The notes beneath the pieces are model-generated. The model saw only the letters and a list, made by a program, of their open reading frames with translations. It did not search any database and was not told where the DNA came from. A stretch of DNA of 64,000 nucleotides from a virus. Positions 18,073-27,824 of the stretch are shown piece after piece. Made by a program: the position numbers and the translations under genes. The stretch spans positions 1 through 64,000 of IMG/VR virus record IMGVR_UViG_3300046474_000239; one strand, written 5' to 3'. Positions within the stretch are counted from its first letter, which is position 1, and each line of letters starts with the position of its first letter.

Positions 18073-18375
18073 ATGCAACTTGTACCCCAGATTGAAAAGC
18101 CGAAAGGCAACGTGATCGACGACATAGCATTCCGTCGCCCTTCTGTCCCCGACCAACTGCGGATCATGGCAGCCCGCCTGGATGCAGGTGAGTGGCCAGA
18201 GCCCGAGGTCATCGTAGTGGTACTGGCCTACACCGATCCTAAGCAGCAGATGGTTTGCGTGCCGGGCGGGACCGAGGACGTACACCCCTACTTCATGGCA
18301 GGCATGCTTCAGAACGCGGCGTTGACCTGCCTCGACGAAGCCTCGGCCGAACAGTTCATAGACGAAGAGCTTTAA
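18073..18375 (+). CDS. Hypothetical protein
   Basis: GGAGGAG RBS. Confidence 0.7.
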   Translation: MQLVPQIEKPKGNVIDDIAFRRPSVPDQLRIMAARLDAGEWPEPEVIVVVLAYTDPKQQMVCVPGGTEDVHPYFMAGMLQNAALTCLDEASAEQFIDEEL

Positions 18376-18434
18376 CCAACCGCAGGCGCAAGACTGATAG
18401 ACAACACCTGCACTCGAAACCCGAGGAGTGCAAC

Positions 18435-18680
18435 ATGAACGAGTACGAGAAAGTCCGCTGCAAGATGGTTTGTCACAACGTCTGGCCCCAGGTCAGCACG
18501 GAGCCTGAAGGGATGCAGAGGGTTCGCTTCGGGGCGGTGTGGTCTGCCAACCCTTGTGAGGAGAATGCGATCTTCGGAGCGCTAACCCCCTACGGCGAGA
18601 TCCAGTTGAGCGTCACCAAGGAGGTTGCGTCCAAGTTCGAGCAGTACGGCGAATACTACATCGACATCACCAAAGCTTAA
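18435..18680 (+). CDS. Conserved-looking small phage protein
   Basis: GAGGAG RBS; VRCKM...EEN.IF...TP.G.I.L.V......F..YGEYYID. Confidence 0.75.
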   Translation: MNEYEKVRCKMVCHNVWPQVSTEPEGMQRVRFGAVWSANPCEENAIFGALTPYGEIQLSVTKEVASKFEQYGEYYIDITKA

Positions 18681-18685
18681 TAAAC

Positions 18686-18710
18686 GGACCCGCCAAGTGC
18701 GGGTCTTTTT
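18686..18710 (+). terminator. Intrinsic terminator
   Basis: GGACCCGC-caagt-GCGGGTCT then TTTT, abutting a 16-mer copy. Confidence 0.75.
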
Positions 18711-18738
18711 ATGCAATCAATTGCACGGAGGCTGTGAC

Positions 18739-18918
18739 ATGACGCCCAGTGAACCTGGGGACCGCGAGTTGATAGACCGTATACTTGCGAGGACCCGCAT
18801 GTTTGTACCCAAGGAGCCCGAGCCTGAGAAGCCCGTCGAAGACGAACCCAAGCCCGAACCACCCACACCGAAAGAAAGCCGTCAGGCGAACCTACGCAGG
18901 AGATTGAGATCATGTTGA
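18739..18918 (+). CDS. Small Pro/Glu-rich hypothetical protein
   Basis: GGAGG RBS immediately after a 16-mer copy. Confidence 0.55.
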   Translation: MTPSEPGDRELIDRILARTRMFVPKEPEPEKPVEDEPKPEPPTPKESRQANLRRRLRSC

Positions 18919-21167
18919 GTCGGGACGTGTCCAACAAAAAAGCCCAAACCATTGAGTCGGGGCTTGGCAAGCAGATGATGGCGCAGGCCAAGTTCTACAT
19001 GGGCTACTCACGATGGGACGAGGAGACCGGGCGGTATGAAACCTGGGACGAAGCGGTAGCCCGAGTGATGAACATGCACCGCGCCAAGTACGCGCACTGC
19101 ATGACCGAGGAGCTGGAGGCGGCGATTGACTTCGCTGAAGAGATGTACCGCACCAAGCGAGTTCTGGGGGCACAGCGGGCGTTGCAGTTCGGCGGTGACC
19201 AGATCTTCAAACACGAAGCTAAACTGTACAACTGCTCCAGCTCCTACGCAGATCGCCCGGAGTTCTTCCAGGAAGCCATGTACCTACTGCTCTGCGGGTG
19301 CGGCGTGGGCTTCAGCGTACAGACACAGCATGTTGCTCAACTACCCGACATCGCACCGCGCAGCAGTGAATCCACGCTGTATGTTATCCCTGACTCGATA
19401 GAAGGATGGGCGGACGCCTTCGGGGTGCTCCTGTCTTCGTACTTCGTTGGCGGCGGAAGCTACCCGGAGTACCAGGGTAACCACATAGCGTTTGACTTTA
19501 GCCAGATACGCCCAAAGGGTGCGCTAATTTCCGGGGGCTTCAAGGCACCTGGGCCGGACGGTATTCGATTAGCCTTGCAGAAGTGCGAGAAGCTGATGGA
19601 GGACCTAGTGAGCAAGGGGTCGCGGATGTCGACTATTGGCGTCTACGACTTCGTGATGCACATGTCGGACGCGGTACTGTCGGGCGGTGTGCGCCGGTCT
19701 GCGACCATCTGCCTGTTCAGCAAAGACGACCAGGACATGCTGAAGGCCAAGACAGGCAATTGGTTTGTGGACAACCCGCAGCGCGGGCGGAGCAACAACT
19801 CAGCGATGCTGCTACGCGATGAACTGACCCGCGAAGAGTGGGCGGGCATCATGAAATCTGTCAAAGCCTTTGGCGAGCCAGGGTTTGTATTCACCCACAG
19901 CCTGGACGCCGCGTACAACCCCTGCGTAGAGATAGGCATGAAGCCTAAGCACTGGCTCACAGGCAAGACCGGCTTCCAGATGTGCAACCTCACCGAGATC
20001 AACGGTGGCATGTGCCGCACCCTGGCCGACCTGCTCAAGGCATGCCGGGCGGCAGCCATCCTGGGCACGCTCCAGGCAGGCTACACAAACTTCAGATACC
20101 TCACCCAGACCACCAAGGAGATTGTAGACCGCGAGGCGCTCCTGGGCGTGTCTATCACCGGCTGGATGAACAACCCGGAGGTTCTATTCGACAAGGGCAA
20201 CATGGTCGAAGGAGCTACCCTGGTTAAAGCGGTCAACCGCCAGATTGCCGCGATCATCAGCATCAACCCGGCACCGCGCACCACTTGCGCCAAGCCGTCC
20301 GGCAACGCCTCCGTCAAGCTGGGCACCGCCAGTGGCATCCATGGCGAGCACTCGCTGCGCTACTTCCGCAACGTACAGATGAGCGACACTGACGGCGTGT
20401 TGCACCTGATCCAGAAGGTCAACCCGGAGATGGTGGAAGCGTCAGTCTGGTCGCAGAACGGCACCGACAAGGTGGTCAGCTTTCCTGTCACTTCAGACCC
20501 GCAGTCGGTCTTCAAAGCTGACCTGATGGGGACAAAGCAACTTGAGTACGTCAAGCTGGCCCAGCAGTACTGGGTCGAAGGCGGGACCGACGAAACCCTG
20601 GCGGTAGACCCGCAGCTACGCCACAACATCTCCAACACCATATCGGTGGATAACTGGGATGAAATGGAGCAGTACCTGTTCGACAACCGTCAGTGGTTCG
20701 CCGGGGTCAGCCTGCTGTCTTCCAGCGGCGACAAGGACTTTGCCCAGGCACCGTTCACAGAAGTGGCCACGCTTGAGCAGATCACTGAACGCTATGGCAG
20801 CGCCAGCCTCCTGGCGAGCGGCCTGGTCGTCGACGGGCTGTACGCTTTCCACGATGACCTATGGAAGGCTTGCGCTACAGTCCTGGGCATAGGTGATACG
20901 CTGCACCCTACACACCGGGGAGACCTGATGAAGCGAGACTGGGTACGCCGGGCGGAGAAGTTTGCGCAGAACTTTTTCAGTGGAGACCTGCAACAGGCGA
21001 CTTACTGCCTCAAGGACGTATACAATTTCCATAAATGGGAGTCGCTCCTGCGCCACGTAAGCCCGATCAACTTCACCGAAGAGCTGTCCGAGCAGACCTA
21101 TACCGATGTGAACACCATGGGGGCTCAAGCGTGCTCCGGGGGTGTGTGCGACACGCAGACTTTCTAG
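18912..21167 (+). CDS. Ribonucleotide reductase catalytic subunit (monomeric class II-like sequence; class uncertain)
   Basis: YNC, GCGVGF, GGVRRSA, SNNS, GEPG, NPC.EI, CNLTEIN, KPSG, C-terminal CSGGVC. Confidence 0.92.
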   Translation: MLSRDVSNKKAQTIESGLGKQMMAQAKFYMGYSRWDEETGRYETWDEAVARVMNMHRAKYAHCMTEELEAAIDFAEEMYRTKRVLGAQRALQFGGDQIFKHEAKLYNCSSSYADRPEFFQEAMYLLLCGCGVGFSVQTQHVAQLPDIAPRSSESTLYVIPDSIEGWADAFGVLLSSYFVGGGSYPEYQGNHIAFDFSQIRPKGALISGGFKAPGPDGIRLALQKCEKLMEDLVSKGSRMSTIGVYDFVMHMSDAVLSGGVRRSATICLFSKDDQDMLKAKTGNWFVDNPQRGRSNNSAMLLRDELTREEWAGIMKSVKAFGEPGFVFTHSLDAAYNPCVEIGMKPKHWLTGKTGFQMCNLTEINGGMCRTLADLLKACRAAAILGTLQAGYTNFRYLTQTTKEIVDREALLGVSITGWMNNPEVLFDKGNMVEGATLVKAVNRQIAAIISINPAPRTTCAKPSGNASVKLGTASGIHGEHSLRYFRNVQMSDTDGVLHLIQKVNPEMVEASVWSQNGTDKVVSFPVTSDPQSVFKADLMGTKQLEYVKLAQQYWVEGGTDETLAVDPQLRHNISNTISVDNWDEMEQYLFDNRQWFAGVSLLSSSGDKDFAQAPFTEVATLEQITERYGSASLLASGLVVDGLYAFHDDLWKACATVLGIGDTLHPTHRGDLMKRDWVRRAEKFAQNFFSGDLQQATYCLKDVYNFHKWESLLRHVSPINFTEELSEQTYTDVNTMGAQACSGGVCDTQTF

Positions 21168-21190
21168 TCAGTAGGTAAGGAGTAACGATC

Positions 21191-21469
21191 ATGACCATGT
21201 TCAGAGTGTGCAGCGTCGACGAGGTAATCCAGGCTTGCCCGTACGCCGACACGTTTTACACCGTAGACCCGCAGATGGATGCGAAGCTGCGCTCTCTCAA
21301 CCTGGGCGTGCCCGATAGCCCGTATGTCTACCTACAAGAGCTGAACGTCTACGGCTTCATCGACATCGACGGTCAGTTCAACACCATCGACAAAGCACTG
21401 CTCGACCAGGTATGGCCGGGCTACTCCCACAACGGCGGCTACAGCCCCTTCGACCTGAGTACCCTCTGA
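21191..21469 (+). CDS. Hypothetical protein
   Basis: AAGGAG RBS; resembles the next gene. Confidence 0.7.
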   Translation: MTMFRVCSVDEVIQACPYADTFYTVDPQMDAKLRSLNLGVPDSPYVYLQELNVYGFIDIDGQFNTIDKALLDQVWPGYSHNGGYSPFDLSTL

Positions 21470-21780
21470 TGCGATACACACAACGAGAAGTAGCAGGCGA
21501 GATGACGATGCAGCTAGGCTCCTGCTACACCTTCATCGTCACACCCGAGGTGGAGCGGGAGATCCGCGCAGCACGCCCGGACGCGGCGGAGTCTCCTATC
21601 CTTTGCTGCCCCTACAAGCGCTTCTTCTACTACCTGAACCTGGACGGCGTCATCCGCACCGTGGAGTACGACGAGGTGACCAGCAAGCCGTATTACCACC
21701 ACGACGATCCCCGCAGCTTCGCAGACGACCCGGCCTACTTCATGAAGTTCCCATTGACCGCAGCACTCGACGAGCAATAG
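21469..21780 (+). CDS. Hypothetical protein
   Basis: TGATG coupling to the previous gene. Confidence 0.65.
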   Translation: MRYTQREVAGEMTMQLGSCYTFIVTPEVEREIRAARPDAAESPILCCPYKRFFYYLNLDGVIRTVEYDEVTSKPYYHHDDPRSFADDPAYFMKFPLTAALDEQ

Positions 21781-21782
21781 CC

Positions 21783-22229
21783 ATGGCCATTGTTGAACTG
21801 TTCACGGACGGTGCCCGCAAGGGCGACAAGGTAGGCGGGTGGGGTTGCCTCATCCGCTATGGCAAACACATCAAGGAGATCTTCGGCGGGGAGCTGGACA
21901 CCACCAACAACCGGATGGAGATGATGGGAGTGATCGAGGGCCTGCGTGCCCTGACCCGCAACGGCCTGAAGGTACACATCGTCACCGACAGCCAGTACGT
22001 CATCAAGGGCATCACGGAATGGATGGACGGGTGGGTCCGCAGGAAGTGGAAGACCCTGGAGGGAGAGGACGTAAAGAACAAGGACCTATGGCTGGACCTG
22101 GTGGATGAGATCGAAGCCCACGAGGAGGTCACCTGGCAATGGGTCAAGGGACACAAGGGGCACCCGGAGAACGAGAGAGCTGACGCCCTGGCCAACCTGG
22201 GAGTAATCAAAGCCCGCAAAGAACAGTAG
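21783..22229 (+). CDS. rnhA: Ribonuclease HI
   Basis: FTDGA, GGWG, TTNNRME, TDSQYV, VKNKDLW, WVKGH.G..ENERAD. Confidence 0.96.
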   Translation: MAIVELFTDGARKGDKVGGWGCLIRYGKHIKEIFGGELDTTNNRMEMMGVIEGLRALTRNGLKVHIVTDSQYVIKGITEWMDGWVRRKWKTLEGEDVKNKDLWLDLVDEIEAHEEVTWQWVKGHKGHPENERADALANLGVIKARKEQ

Positions 22230-22275
22230 TTGCCCGACCCCCGGTTGGTGGCTATCATCGGTTGGACGATTAATC

Positions 22276-22307
22276 AAGCCTCGGCAGTCTGTCGGGGCTT
22301 TTTATTG
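22276..22307 (+). terminator. Probable terminator hairpin
   Basis: AAGCCTCGGCA-gtc-TGTCGGGGCTT then TTTATT. Confidence 0.6.
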
Positions 22308-22317
22308 GAGGCTCGAT

Positions 22318-22635
22318 ATGTCGTGCTCAACAGCGATCAAAGTTAAGCGGGGCGGCTCGTTAAGCCTCCTACATAAAATCACCCTAGACGGGGTGGTAAC
22401 CGACCTGACTGGCTGGACCATCACGGCTCTCGTAAAGTACGGGGACCAGGAGCTGGGCTACTTCACTGTCACGTACCTGAATGCTGCGCAAGGCCTGACC
22501 CAGTTGGTGTTCGATGACACCTCGGACTGGCCTATCGGCATGATGGCCTTCGATGTGAAGTACCTGCTGCCCAGTGGTCACGTCTACTACTCGCCAACCA
22601 TGACGATTAGCTGCGCCGAGAGGATCACGCCATGA
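22318..22635 (+). CDS. Small beta-rich virion/fibre adaptor-like protein (BppU-N-like)
   Basis: KRG......DLTGWTI.A......T..WP......DV pattern; precedes the fibre gene. Confidence 0.6.
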   Translation: MSCSTAIKVKRGGSLSLLHKITLDGVVTDLTGWTITALVKYGDQELGYFTVTYLNAAQGLTQLVFDDTSDWPIGMMAFDVKYLLPSGHVYYSPTMTISCAERITP

Positions 22636-24473
22636 GCATCGAATTGAGCTTTGCACCTTCGTTCATCTACCAGGGTGAGATCCACACTCAGGAGGTCATG
22701 GTCTTCAAGTTGGACGTGGCCGTGGGCATCCCAGGCGTCACGGTAATCCAGGGCGACGATGGCAGGGAGGTTGAACTTCAGGCTACATCGACGTACATCC
22801 AATGGCGCTACGTAGGCGACGTAGCCTGGACGAACCTGAAGGCCTTGTCAGAGCTGGAAGGCGAACCGGGTGACGACGGGCGCGAGGTCGAAATACAGAC
22901 CACCGCCACCCACATCCAATGGCGTTTGGTAGGTGATCCGACCTGGATCAACATCGTAGCCCTCAGCACCTTGAAAGGTGATCCAGGTGACCCAGGTGAC
23001 CCAGGCACACCAGGCGACCCAGGTGCACCCGGTGACCCCGGTGACCCAGGCGATGACGGGCGGGAGGTACAACTCCAGGTCACCTCTACGTACATCCAGT
23101 GGAAGTACAACACCGACGTTACGTGGACCAACCTGATTGCCTTGGCGGCCCTCGCGGGCGACCCTGGCGATCCTGGCGATCCTGGTGACCCTGGTGACCC
23201 AGGCCCGGCCATCGAACTCCGGGTCACCCCTACCCATGTGCAGTGGCGCGTCGTGGGCGCTGTGTCCTGGGTGAACTTGATTGCACTGACCGAACTCAAG
23301 GGTGACCCAGGTGACGACTCGCCTCCCGTGGTCCCCGTAGCAGGCGCTGGCATTGACATTGACGACACTGACCCGCTTGCTCCGATCATCAGCGCAGCGT
23401 TCTCTGGTTCGTACACGGACCTGACGGACAAGCCGTCTATCCCGGACTCGCCTGATGATATTGGGGCGGCCACAGCAGCACAGGGTACGACAGCCGACAC
23501 CGCCGTGCAGCCAGGAGACTTGGCCGCTGTTGCAACCACGGGGCAGTACAGTGACTTGCTGGGTAAGCCCTCGATCCCGGACGACCCTGCGGACATCGGT
23601 GCTGCAACGGCGGCCCAGGGTGCCAAAGCGGACACCGCACTCCAGCCTGGGGCCGTAGGTGTATCGGTTGCCAGCCTGGTAGCTGGTTTGGTGCCTTCCT
23701 CGCAACTGCCCTCGTACGTGGATGATGTACTGGAAGCGGCTAACTTCGCGGCGCTCCCAGGGACAGGTGAGACAGGTAAGATCTACGTCCTGGCCACCCC
23801 TTACACCTCGGGAGGGGTCACCAGTTCACAGTTCCGCTGGACGGGTTCTGCCTACGCCCCGATCATTGCCTCGCCTGGAAGCACGGATGCGGTGACAGAG
23901 GGGTCGACCAACCTGTACTTCACGACGGCTCGCGTGCTGGCTGCGGCGCTGGCTGGGTTGAGCACGGCGACCTCTGCGGTAATCAGCGGGGCGGACACCG
24001 TACTGGCCGCGTTTGGCAAGCTGCAAGCGCAGATCACCACCCTGGCCAACTCCGTATCCAACGTGAACAACACGTCTGACGCAAGCAAGCCGGTTAGCAC
24101 CGCACAGCAGACGGCACTGGATCTGAAGGCGAACGCAGCCAACCCGGCGTTCACTGGGACTGCGACAGGTTTGACCAAAGCCATGGTCGGACTTGGCAGC
24201 GTGGACAATACGGCAGATACAAGCAAACCCGTCAGCACGGCGCAGCAGACTGCCCTGGACCTCAAAGTCACCAACCCCATGACGGCTTCCGGGGACCTGA
24301 TCTACGGGGGCACAGCGGGGGCACCAACACGCCGAATCAAAGGCACCGATGGACAGATCTTCGTAATGGCATCAGGGTTGCCAGTGTGGGTCGATTCCCC
24401 GTACGTGCTGACCACCACCTACACCACCGACATGGGCGACATCGCCGCAGCGCTTGCAGCTATCCTGGGGTAA
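22632..24473 (+). CDS. Collagen-like tail or head fibre protein
   Basis: (GDP)n triplets, four E(L/I)QxTxT(Y/H)IQW-type modules, two G.Y.DL..KP and two KPVSTAQQTALDLK blocks. Confidence 0.85.
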   Translation: MSIELSFAPSFIYQGEIHTQEVMVFKLDVAVGIPGVTVIQGDDGREVELQATSTYIQWRYVGDVAWTNLKALSELEGEPGDDGREVEIQTTATHIQWRLVGDPTWINIVALSTLKGDPGDPGDPGTPGDPGAPGDPGDPGDDGREVQLQVTSTYIQWKYNTDVTWTNLIALAALAGDPGDPGDPGDPGDPGPAIELRVTPTHVQWRVVGAVSWVNLIALTELKGDPGDDSPPVVPVAGAGIDIDDTDPLAPIISAAFSGSYTDLTDKPSIPDSPDDIGAATAAQGTTADTAVQPGDLAAVATTGQYSDLLGKPSIPDDPADIGAATAAQGAKADTALQPGAVGVSVASLVAGLVPSSQLPSYVDDVLEAANFAALPGTGETGKIYVLATPYTSGGVTSSQFRWTGSAYAPIIASPGSTDAVTEGSTNLYFTTARVLAAALAGLSTATSAVISGADTVLAAFGKLQAQITTLANSVSNVNNTSDASKPVSTAQQTALDLKANAANPAFTGTATGLTKAMVGLGSVDNTADTSKPVSTAQQTALDLKVTNPMTASGDLIYGGTAGAPTRRIKGTDGQIFVMASGLPVWVDSPYVLTTTYTTDMGDIAAALAAILG

Positions 24474-24479
24474 CGGATC

Positions 24480-26744
24480 ATGACTATCGCAACGCAATTG
24501 ACTGCACTGAATAACATCAAGCTGGCGATCAAGGCAGCTATCGAGGCCAAAGGGGTGACGGTTGGCAGTGCTGCCTACAACACCTACGCGACCAAGATCG
24601 CAGCCATCCCAAGCGCGGTAGCACGTCCTTCTCAACCGTCTAACTACACGGAGGCGACCTGGACACGCCCGGCAGACTGGCTGGCACTGCCTACCATCAC
24701 GGCTGGTACGACCCGCTTGGTAGGTTTGTTCGCAGTGTTCAACACCGGCACCAACTCCGTGGCGATAAAGTGCACAGGGGCCTACTCGGTAGACTGGGGC
24801 GACGGTTCGGCGGTACAGGACTTCGCCACCAACGTGACGGCGCAGCACACCTTCACCTTCGCCTCACTCAGCTCCGGTACGCTGACCAGCGAAGGCTTCC
24901 GGCAGGCCATCATTCAGGTTTACCCGCAGAGCGGCCAGACCCTGACCGACATCACCTTGAACGTGCGGACGACGGAGCAGGGAGCAGGCGCACAACACAC
25001 CTCGCAGTGGCAGGATGTGTCCATCGCCTCGCCTACTCTGACTTCGCTCAAGCTGGCTTCCAACGTCTATCCGGGCAGCTCCGGCTCCGATACCCGTCAT
25101 TGGGCGCTGCGTAAGATCAAGCTGGACTGCTCGGCGGTAACCAACCTGGGCTACATGTGCTACTCGTTGTACGGGTTGAGGATTGCGGAGATCACCCCGG
25201 CTACCGGCACCACCACCATGACGCACATGTTCGATGGCTGCACCTCGCTGACCAGCGTGACCATCAGCGGAACACTCGCGTCCCTCACCAACACGTCCTA
25301 CCTGTTCAACGACTGCAACTCCCTGACCACGGTCCCCCTGTTTGACACCAGCGCGGTCACGAACATGACCTACATGTTCAGCGCCAACTATTCCCTGCAA
25401 ACGGTGCCTCTGTTCAACACGGCGAACGTCACCACTATGTCGCACATGTTCGACAACGCACGGGCGCTGGTTTCGGTTCCGGCTTTCAACGTCGTCAAAG
25501 TGACTGACATGTCGTACATGTTCTACTCCTGTTCCAACCTGATCACTGTAACGATGACACCTTGCACGGTGTTGGCCGACACCACGTACATGTTCTACTC
25601 CTGCTACGCTTTGCAAAAGCTTGAATTGCTTGGCACCACGTCAGCCCTACTCTCCCTCAGCAGGATGGCGGACTCTTGCAAAGTGTTGACGGAAGTGAAC
25701 ATCACCACCACCTCTGGGGTGACCAACTGCAACTACGCTTTCATCAACTGTTCAGCCTTGCAGTGGGGGCCAACCCTGAATATGGCGAACTGCACACAAA
25801 TGATCAGCATGTTCGATGGCTGCACGAGTCTGCTCGGGATTCCCGCGTATGACACGTCCAAGGTCACGCGCATGGATAGCATGTTCAGTACCTGTTCTGC
25901 GCTGATCACTATCCCGACCTTGGACACCCACTTGGTCACGCAGATGAACAGCATGTTCTTTGGCTGCTTCTCCTTGGCGTCGGTTCCGGTGTGGTCTGCG
26001 CCGCTGTGTACTACCATGGATTCGATGTTCTACAACTGCATGAACCTGCAAACCTTCGAGATGACCAGCTCACCGGTCTGCACGACGACCTACCAAATGT
26101 TCAGCAGTTGCCATGGGTTGAAGTCGGCCAAGATGGGCACGCTCACTGCGGTCACTACCCTCCAGAGCATGTTCAACACATGCAGGTCCTTGCAGTACGT
26201 TGAGATCGTCACAGGCACGGCGGTGACCCTCGCCCTCAGCATGTTCACCGGCTGCTACTCGCTACCTTCAGTGCCCTTGTTCAACCTGCAAAACTGCACG
26301 CGCACGGACAGTATGTTCAGCGACTGCTTCTCCCTCGAAACCGTGCCGCTGTTTGTCACGACCAACGTGACAAACATGGATACCATGTTCCAAAACTGCC
26401 GCTCCCTGCGCACCTTGCCAGCTTTTGACACCGCCAAGGTCACTACCATGAACACCATGCTCAACGGCTGCATGTCGCTGACGGCGATTCCGGCCTGGAA
26501 CGTGATACTGGTCACGGGCTTCAGCACCTTCGTGACAGCGGGCTACAGCATCAGCCGTATACTGATGACCAACATCAAGGTGACCATCAGCTTCAGCACA
26601 CAGATGATGTCAGCGGCGGAGTTGAACGAGCTGTACACCAACCTGCCAACAGTCACAGCCAAGACGCTGACGGTATCAGGGAACTGGGGTTACGCGGCGA
26701 GCACTGTATCCATCGCTACAGCCAAGGGGTGGACGGTCAACTAA
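24480..26744 (+). CDS. BspA/DUF285-type leucine-rich-repeat fibre or adhesin
   Basis: Roughly 20 tandem MF..C..L..vp.f.t..vt.m units; PKD-like VDWGDG; N-terminal AIKAAIEAKGV fibre-joining helix. Confidence 0.8.
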   Translation: MTIATQLTALNNIKLAIKAAIEAKGVTVGSAAYNTYATKIAAIPSAVARPSQPSNYTEATWTRPADWLALPTITAGTTRLVGLFAVFNTGTNSVAIKCTGAYSVDWGDGSAVQDFATNVTAQHTFTFASLSSGTLTSEGFRQAIIQVYPQSGQTLTDITLNVRTTEQGAGAQHTSQWQDVSIASPTLTSLKLASNVYPGSSGSDTRHWALRKIKLDCSAVTNLGYMCYSLYGLRIAEITPATGTTTMTHMFDGCTSLTSVTISGTLASLTNTSYLFNDCNSLTTVPLFDTSAVTNMTYMFSANYSLQTVPLFNTANVTTMSHMFDNARALVSVPAFNVVKVTDMSYMFYSCSNLITVTMTPCTVLADTTYMFYSCYALQKLELLGTTSALLSLSRMADSCKVLTEVNITTTSGVTNCNYAFINCSALQWGPTLNMANCTQMISMFDGCTSLLGIPAYDTSKVTRMDSMFSTCSALITIPTLDTHLVTQMNSMFFGCFSLASVPVWSAPLCTTMDSMFYNCMNLQTFEMTSSPVCTTTYQMFSSCHGLKSAKMGTLTAVTTLQSMFNTCRSLQYVEIVTGTAVTLALSMFTGCYSLPSVPLFNLQNCTRTDSMFSDCFSLETVPLFVTTNVTNMDTMFQNCRSLRTLPAFDTAKVTTMNTMLNGCMSLTAIPAWNVILVTGFSTFVTAGYSISRILMTNIKVTISFSTQMMSAAELNELYTNLPTVTAKTLTVSGNWGYAASTVSIATAKGWTVN

Positions 26745-26796
26745 TGGTGCAATTGATTGCACGGGCAGTAACACTCGACCTACAAGGACCTGCTAA

Positions 26797-27498
26797 ATGG
26801 AACGCATAGATCTTCACTTGTTGAACCTCACCACACCGAAGCCGTCCGAAGATGGCGGCAGCCTGAGCACCACCTACCCACCAGGGCAGTTTGTTGAAGA
26901 CGAGTTTTACCGGCAGGGTGAAACGGGTGAGCTGATCTTGTGGGCGCCGGTAGTCGGAGCATCGACCAAGTCGACCACGCGCACCCGCACCGAACTGCGT
27001 GAGACCCTAGCCAACGGCACCACCTTCAACTGGCGGATGGATAGCGCCGACCACCATTGGCTGCAAACCTCGGTCGTCGTGCGCGAGGTGCCGGAGCCCT
27101 CGGGTGAGACTGTCGTATCGCAGATCCACGTCAAGGACTCGTCCAGGCCTATGCTCAAGGTCTCGTACGATGACGGGCGGATCGTCGTAGGCTTCCGGGC
27201 GGAGTTCGACCAGGTCGATCCAGTAGACACAACCATCCTGTCCAACGTGCCGCTGAATACCCGCCTGGCCCTATCCGTACACCTGACGGCAACCGGTCAG
27301 TTATCCGTCTCAGCCAGTTACACCCTCAACGGGGTGCGTGTAGACGGGAAAGCCCAATTAACGGCCTACCTCTCCTGGAACCCGAAGCTGTTGTACTTCA
27401 AGTTCGGCGTCTACAACCAGCAGTCGCCGAGCCCGACAACCCCGGCAGATACGGGCAGCCTGGCCACGTACTGGAAGGCCAGCATCCGCCACGAGTAG
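26797..27498 (+). CDS. Polysaccharide lyase family 7 (alginate lyase)
   Basis: All three PL7 motifs present: RTELRE, QIH, YFKFGVYNQ. Confidence 0.9.
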   Translation: MERIDLHLLNLTTPKPSEDGGSLSTTYPPGQFVEDEFYRQGETGELILWAPVVGASTKSTTRTRTELRETLANGTTFNWRMDSADHHWLQTSVVVREVPEPSGETVVSQIHVKDSSRPMLKVSYDDGRIVVGFRAEFDQVDPVDTTILSNVPLNTRLALSVHLTATGQLSVSASYTLNGVRVDGKAQLTAYLSWNPKLLYFKFGVYNQQSPSPTTPADTGSLATYWKASIRHE

Positions 27499-27562
27499 CC
27501 ATCCTGTGTAGCTTGCGGGCGGAGGGAGCCTGGACTACATTGAACTCACTAGGGGCGGTAGA

Positions 27563-27812
27563 CCTGGGTTGCAGCAGCAGTTGGAAGTAGCAAGGTGATG
27601 TGCGTCGGGCAGGGCCTGACCTCCTGTCAACGCTTCGGCGGAGACCGGCAACCGTACCACCGGGGCAACCTGGGCTGGGAACAGAAGGTACGGAATTCTT
27701 TGGGATGCACGCGGCGCGGCATGGAAGTCACGGACCCGCGAGGGGCAGATGCCGATGGCGGACAACTCGTCGCGTTCATCCCAAAGGATTCAACCACAGG
27801 CCATCCCAGGCC
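27563..27812 (+). ncRNA. Candidate ~250-nt structured non-coding RNA
   Basis: Several nested helices with UUCG and GNRA tetraloops, downstream of promoter-like CTTGCG-N18-TACATT (27512-27541). Confidence 0.65.
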
Positions 27813-27824
27813 AGGAGAGAAGCG

